Origin: Candidatus Bathyarchaeota archaeon
GTDB taxonomy: Archaea > Thermoproteota > Bathyarchaeia > Bathyarchaeales > Bathycorpusculaceae
Direction: 5' to 3'
DNA length: 64,000 nt
NCBI GenBank assembly: GCA_963775465.1
Contig: CAVZIW010000001.1
Coordinates: forward strand, 256,001 to 320,000
Part shown: positions 58,824 to 64,000 of the stretch, piece by piece
Position numbering within the stretch: the stretch's first letter is position 1
Layout of the letters: every line of letters begins with the position of its first letter
Notes under the pieces: model-generated
Told to the model about the DNA's origin: nothing
Seen by the model: only the letters and a program-made list of their open reading frames with translations
The model's database searches: none
Position numbers and translations under genes: made by a program

Positions 58824-58919
58824 AGGTTCAAAACGTTAGAAATCTTATTTTGAGACAAAATTGATAAAGAAGCGTTATTAATAGGTCAAGAATTGGTGTA
58901 AGACAGAAGAGACCTCGCA

Positions 58920-59552
58920 ATGGCCCATTACGATGAGAAATTCTTTGATTGGCAAAAGAAAATCGGTGAATTTGCTGCAATTGTCGACCTCTACAAGTTC
59001 AAAAGATATGTAAAATCAAGTGATAACGTGATTGATTTCGGATGTGGTGGAGGGTTTATGCTTAAAGTATTGACGTGCTCAGACAAAATAGGTGTCGAGA
59101 TCAACGATGTTGCAAGGAATTTTGCTTATAGGAATGGCATTCTAGCAGTAAAAGACTCAAGTGAAATTAAAGACGAATGGGCTGACGTTATTATTTCTGA
59201 CAACGCTTTAGAACATACCTTGTCGCCTTTTGCTGAACTAAGAAAATTATTTTCAAAACTAAAGTCTGGTGGAAGAATAGTCTTCATTGTTCCTCATGAA
59301 AAGAAAATGCCTTGGAAGCCAAACGACAAAAATCAGCACCTATACACGTGGAGCCCCATGAACATTGGAAATCTGTTCGTAACAGCAGGCTTCGAGATAG
59401 AAGAAATTAGCAATTTACCATTATGGCCCCCCATTGGAGCCAAACGCATTAGGAAATATTTGGGCTTTAAAGTTTTCTTCATAATAGGTAAAATATACAC
59501 AGCATTATCTGGGAAATGGTCTCAAATAAGAATTGTCGCCAGAAAAAGATGA
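58920..59552 (+). CDS. class I SAM-dependent methyltransferase
   Basis: VIDFGCGGG, GVEIN, ALEH, LKSGG. Confidence 0.92.
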   Translation: MAHYDEKFFDWQKKIGEFAAIVDLYKFKRYVKSSDNVIDFGCGGGFMLKVLTCSDKIGVEINDVARNFAYRNGILAVKDSSEIKDEWADVIISDNALEHTLSPFAELRKLFSKLKSGGRIVFIVPHEKKMPWKPNDKNQHLYTWSPMNIGNLFVTAGFEIEEISNLPLWPPIGAKRIRKYLGFKVFFIIGKIYTALSGKWSQIRIVARKR

Positions 59553-59750
59553 CCTAAACAAAATACAAATTGTTAGGCTTAATCCGATTTTTTGGTCAAC
59601 AGCCTGTTACTTATCGCTAAAGCTAATGGCCAATGCATTAAGTTATTAATATTTACGCAATTGCATGATATGATCGTTACTGGGTTGACTTAAAGGAGTT
59701 GGAATAGAGTAAAGATCAGTGTTAATTTAGGAGAAGGCTACAATGACCCA

Positions 59751-60701
59751 ATGCATTTTGTTGAATGCACAACTATTGCTGAGAGATATGGTTTTGAAAC
59801 AGTTTGGTTCGGTGATCATCTTTTACCGTGGATTCATAGTCAGAATAAATCGGCATTTGTTTGGCCCATAATATCCGTAGCGTTAGATAGAACAAAACAT
59901 ATCAAAGCCGGAGTCCTTGTGACCTCTCCAATCGGAGGCCGTTACCACCCACTCATAATTGGACAAGCGACTGCAACTATAGACAACTTATTTCCCGGTA
60001 GATTCAAACTTGGTGTCGGCTCTGGAGAAGCAGTAAACGAAAGCAACTTCTTTGAAAATAGATGGCCAAAATGGACCGAGAGAATGAACAGATTAACTGA
60101 AGCTGTCAGTCTAATGAGAACAATGTGGAAGAGCAACGAATATTTTTCACATAGAGGAGAATACTTTAAGGTAACCAACTTTTTTTTGTACACGAAACCT
60201 AAGATGGAGATTCCAATTTATTTTGCAGCTCAGGGAAAGAAATCGGGAGCATATGCAGGAACTTATGGAGATCACCTTGTCACCATTAATTCCCCTGAGA
60301 TCTGCAGAGATGTTGTTTTTCCTGTGTTTGAGAAGGCGGCAAAAGAAGCGGGAAAAGACCCATCAAAAATGGACAAGATGGTAGAAGTGCAACTTCATTT
60401 TTCTGATATGGTTTCAGGAGTAAAAGATATTATAAAGTCAGGAGAGGCAGGTTTTCTTGCAAGAGACGCCTTCAGCGAATCTGACCCAAGAAAAATACAG
60501 AACATGTCACATATGGTTAGTGACCAAAAGATTGCTGAAAACTGGTGTTTTGTCTCCTCAGCTGACGATATTATTGATTTTATTGAGAAATATCAACGAG
60601 TAGGAGCAACCCATGTCGAACTAGTCACAAACACGTTTTCTGATCGAATAGAATTTGTGGGCAAGAAAGTCTTACCGTACTTCAAAGACCAAACTCATTA
60701 A
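59751..60701 (+). CDS. LLM-class (probably F420-dependent, G6PDH-like) oxidoreductase
   Basis: GFETVWFGDHLLPW, VTSP, GRFKLGVGSGEAVNE, IPIYFAA. The frame is open upstream to ~59694, so the true start is likely earlier. Confidence 0.92.
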   Translation: MHFVECTTIAERYGFETVWFGDHLLPWIHSQNKSAFVWPIISVALDRTKHIKAGVLVTSPIGGRYHPLIIGQATATIDNLFPGRFKLGVGSGEAVNESNFFENRWPKWTERMNRLTEAVSLMRTMWKSNEYFSHRGEYFKVTNFFLYTKPKMEIPIYFAAQGKKSGAYAGTYGDHLVTINSPEICRDVVFPVFEKAAKEAGKDPSKMDKMVEVQLHFSDMVSGVKDIIKSGEAGFLARDAFSESDPRKIQNMSHMVSDQKIAENWCFVSSADDIIDFIEKYQRVGATHVELVTNTFSDRIEFVGKKVLPYFKDQTH

Positions 60702-60956
60702 TCCTGAGTCAAAAACGAAGATTTTATTGACAATCTGAAGTATTGAGAACTAACAAAAAGTAAAAAGATAATAACTCATAAGTTTTGGTTTTGTTCAGAT
60801 ATTGGATTTGTTGTTGATTACATAACTAAAAGTTAAAAAGGGTTCTTCTGAAAGGAAAACATGGAGACGTTTTTCTTTTATGAGTAATATTAGAGTGCTA
60901 TTGTAATCTATTTGATTTGGACCAAAATGACCATAAATCTGCGATAGAAAAAGTGA

Positions 60957-62579
60957 TTATTTACCTCGCTTGAAATTAGCAATTGAAGATTTTCTTTTAA
61001 CGATGATTTCAACCAATGTAAGGGGAATTTCTATTATTTTAGAAATAATGCCTAAGCCATGAAACATGGCTCTTAGATTGTTAATGTCATTTTGTTTTAT
61101 TGTTCCAATTAATGAAATAGAGGGCAGATAGATAATCAAGAAAAGCAGAAGACCTAAACCGAGCTTTATCCAATCCGACAGCGAAAAAATAGCTAGAAAA
61201 GCATATACTACCGTTGCGGAGAGCAATGATGAAAGAAATATTTTTGCAGAAGAGCCATAATCTATTTTGACTCCGTACTTTTTCCATGCTAAATATAAAT
61301 AAATAAACAAGCCTGGAACGCTCGAAATCAGCAAGCCTATTATCATCCCGTTTATACCTGCCAAGGGAATTAATATGAGCGCTAGAGGGACTCCAACTGC
61401 AAGTTGAATTATGGTCAATTTAAGTACTATTTTTGTGTCGCCTATTCCTGATGCGAAATTCATTACTGTCAGAGCGCCTAAACAGGAGAATAAATTTGTC
61501 AGAACGCCTAATGCTAAAAACTGTGGAGCAATTGCCCATTTGTCGCCGTATAATGCTCCGATTATGGGAGTTGATAACACTATTAGAATCATTGTTGCTG
61601 GAACAAGTAACAAAGCAGTATATTTAATTGAAGATGAAAAAACAGTTTTAACAAGTTCAAGTTCCTTTTTCGGGTCGAGTTTAGAGAAAGCTGGAAATAG
61701 AACAGTGTTTATTGGAACAGTAAAAAAAGCTAGCAAGATTGCGAAATTTGTTGAGACCTTGTAATTTCCTATCAACGTCAAATCTTTTATATTTGAAGCC
61801 ATAAGCAGAGAGTTAAATTGGATTAGCAGCCCAGCTAATATCCCCCCGATTGCTAGAGGGATACCATAACGAAGAAGAGGTTTTAGCGTTTTAGATAAAT
61901 CAGACTTATTAATTGTGACGTGTGGAATCTTTTTGAAGATTAAAGCGTATAAAAGAACTGCTGAAATTAGACACCCAACAACAGAAGTCAACACAAAACC
62001 AATCATTGCGCCTAAAGCCCCATAACCCAATATTATAAGAACTGGCGCAGTAACACTCTGCACTATTGCTTGAATAATAGATACCAAAGCGATAAGTTTC
62101 ATTTTATCGAAACCCACGAAAATACTTTGAATTACTGTAAATACCGAAGCTGAAAGGATACTAATTGAGGCAATTACCATTAGGAAAGCTGAACTTGGTT
62201 GTCCGAAGACAGATGTTGCTATATAAGTGGCTGTTAAAATGGATATAATACTTAGGAATAATGCAGTTGCTATTTCAAAAGTCAAGCCAGCAACTATCGT
62301 TTTGCGCAAATTCCCCTCATTCTTGTTGGCTCTAAATTGGGCACATTGTCTTGTAATTGCTGGACCAACACCCCAATCTTGGAATAATAGAAAAGTTGCT
62401 GAGGGAATCAAAGCGACAGCAAAAAGCCCATAGTCACTCTCAAGAATTAATAACCCTAAGATGATCGTTCCTATAGCCGCAATGACTGTTGAGGCGATTC
62501 TTCCTGCAAAAAGATAGAAGCTTCCTGAAGCAGAAATTTTGCCAATCTCAGCCACTTTGTCAGAAGATTCTTTTTCCAT
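60957..62579 (-). CDS. oligosaccharide flippase (MATE/Wzx-like)
   Basis: ~14 TM. DYGLF, GALGA, LLRYGIPL, IGNY, VLFPAFSKL, ALYGDKW. Confidence 0.92.
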   Translation of the reverse strand: MEKESSDKVAEIGKISASGSFYLFAGRIASTVIAAIGTIILGLLILESDYGLFAVALIPSATFLLFQDWGVGPAITRQCAQFRANKNEGNLRKTIVAGLTFEIATALFLSIISILTATYIATSVFGQPSSAFLMVIASISILSASVFTVIQSIFVGFDKMKLIALVSIIQAIVQSVTAPVLIILGYGALGAMIGFVLTSVVGCLISAVLLYALIFKKIPHVTINKSDLSKTLKPLLRYGIPLAIGGILAGLLIQFNSLLMASNIKDLTLIGNYKVSTNFAILLAFFTVPINTVLFPAFSKLDPKKELELVKTVFSSSIKYTALLLVPATMILIVLSTPIIGALYGDKWAIAPQFLALGVLTNLFSCLGALTVMNFASGIGDTKIVLKLTIIQLAVGVPLALILIPLAGINGMIIGLLISSVPGLFIYLYLAWKKYGVKIDYGSSAKIFLSSLLSATVVYAFLAIFSLSDWIKLGLGLLLFLIIYLPSISLIGTIKQNDINNLRAMFHGLGIISKIIEIPLTLVEIIVKRKSSIANFKRGK

Positions 62580-62879
62580 TTTTTACACGTCTAAATTAAA
62601 TTTTTTGAAAGGAGTCTAATAATTGCTTTTTGTTCTTTTTGCTATTAAGATCCTGGTTGATTGTTTGTTTTAAGAGTGAACTCTAAGAGGTGATAGCTCA
62701 ATTTATTTAAAGTAAGGCGAAACAAACATACCCTTTGACCGGGGCAATCGGGTAGTTCGCAGGGTTCAAAATTTTCATGATTTTCCTGAAAATAAATAAG
62801 TTTAGCTAAAAATAGGCTGCAAATGATCTGTTTTCCCAAGAAAGACCAAAACAGTGGGCAATAATGCTTTAAAACTTTT

Positions 62880-63794
62880 TTAAACGGAACGCCCAAGTAA
62901 TCGCGCTTGAAAAGGGCAAAACTCCATTTGATTGAGAGTGTTAAAGGTATCAGGGCTATTTACATTAAATACCGTTGTTTTCGACCAAACAATCCCCTTT
63001 TTAGAAAGAATTGTCGACAACTTGTTTAATACGTGAGGGATAACAGAGTCAGATGAAACATATAGTTCTACCGAACTAGTGCTAAGAAAAGGGCGTTTGA
63101 AAATCAATGCAATGGAATTTGCTGAATCAAAACTAAACGCATCTTTGATAAAAAAATGTTTGAACTCTTGCGAAAAACCGTTAATTATGTTACTGGGACT
63201 AAGCTCAAAGAAATCAACCCAATTAGAACTCATATATTCTTTGCATAGACTGAAAATTCTATCCTTATTCTTTTCAGGTCTAGCGGTTGCTGTTACTATT
63301 TTACCATTTCGTTCATAATGCATCTTTTCTGGAGATTGCCCACCCCACAACATTAAGCTGTCAACAATTAAATTGAAACCTCGTTCAAGATAAAAATTCA
63401 ACAATACACTATCATTGAAATCAGGGTTTAAATAAATCTTCTTTGCTCCATGTTCTTTTGCATAAGTCATTGAATAATTAAGTAGCTCAGTAGCCAAACC
63501 CATTCTCCTGTAAGTCGGAGAAACAAAAACAAATTTAATGCTATAAAGATATGATGTATATTTGATTAATGAGAGATAGCCTACCGCAAGGTTTTCTTGC
63601 GTATTAAAGATAACAAATCCAGTTGTATCAGGGGCTAAGCCAATTATTTTATTTAATCTGTTTGCCAATGTTTGATCTAGGACATGTTTGTAAACAAAGC
63701 CTGCCTTAAGCAAAGCATTCACATCTGTAGGGATCAACCTTCTAATAACGAATTTTTTGTTAATAGAAGAAGTATATTGCTTTTTCATTGTCAT
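62880..63794 (-). CDS. GNAT family N-acetyltransferase
   Basis: VFVSPTYRRMGLATELL (motif A), FYLERGF. Confidence 0.88.
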   Translation of the reverse strand: MTMKKQYTSSINKKFVIRRLIPTDVNALLKAGFVYKHVLDQTLANRLNKIIGLAPDTTGFVIFNTQENLAVGYLSLIKYTSYLYSIKFVFVSPTYRRMGLATELLNYSMTYAKEHGAKKIYLNPDFNDSVLLNFYLERGFNLIVDSLMLWGGQSPEKMHYERNGKIVTATARPEKNKDRIFSLCKEYMSSNWVDFFELSPSNIINGFSQEFKHFFIKDAFSFDSANSIALIFKRPFLSTSSVELYVSSDSVIPHVLNKLSTILSKKGIVWSKTTVFNVNSPDTFNTLNQMEFCPFQARLLGRSV

Positions 63795-63869
63795 GACTCA
63801 TTTAAACATGATTTCTAATTCCTAAACAAAATCTTGCTTGCAGATTGAAAATCCTAATTTGATCTTTAT

Positions 63870-64000
63870 TCAAGGCTTCCATTTCTCTATTCTCCGGTAT
63901 GCTACGATGGATATAATAGTAGATATTATCGCGACCCCACCAATTAAAACGAGTGAAGAAGGGGCTGAAACGGTAAAATCGGAGATAGATTTTGGAGAGA
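63870..64000 (-). CDS. C-terminal TM anchor of a protein truncated by the window edge
   Basis: Frame reads SPKSISDFTVSAPSSLVLIGGVAIISTIISIVAYRRIEKWKP-stop. Confidence 0.55.
   Translation of the reverse strand, partial: SPKSISDFTVSAPSSLVLIGGVAIISTIISIVAYRRIEKWKP

Overview
AT-rich archaeal DNA, most likely Bathyarchaeia. This is an inference from the TATA/BRE promoters, GGAGA/GGTGA Shine-Dalgarno motifs, frequent TTG starts, a TrmB regulator and the ~850-890 aa beta-propeller surface-protein family. Left to right: (1) a B12-binding radical SAM enzyme resembling the Grs/Gms GDGT-modifying group. It converges on a three-gene operon encoding a single-pass surface protein, an 887-aa tubulin/FtsZ-superfamily GTPase with a ~450-aa coiled coil apparently inserted inside its C-terminal domain, and a ~10-TM coiled-coil protein. 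(2) tRNA-Asn(GTT), followed by a decayed integrated element (DPPY methyltransferase remnant, hicBA, integrase remnant) and many Zn-finger microproteins. (3) Four dispersed paralogous secreted beta-propeller proteins, all ending in TM + (R/K)KRP, interspersed with TrmB, TauE, an orphan solute-binding protein + histidine kinase pair and two DUF72 genes. (4) A cbb3-type (C-family) oxygen reductase operon: ccoN, triheme ccoO fusion, an unlisted ccoS and a detached CcoP N-terminus, next to a DUF420-like gene and ccmF. (5) A cell-surface/glycosylation region: Ig-repeat proteins with internal duplications, GT2, DUF1919, methyltransferase, LLM oxidoreductase, flippase and GNAT. Many single-base frameshifts suggest uncorrected assembly indels. 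No CRISPR array or rRNA was seen. All family assignments are from motif recognition by eye, not database searches. The best candidates for novelty are the tubulin-coiled-coil membrane operon, the archaeal cbb3 oxidase cluster and the KRP-tailed propeller family.
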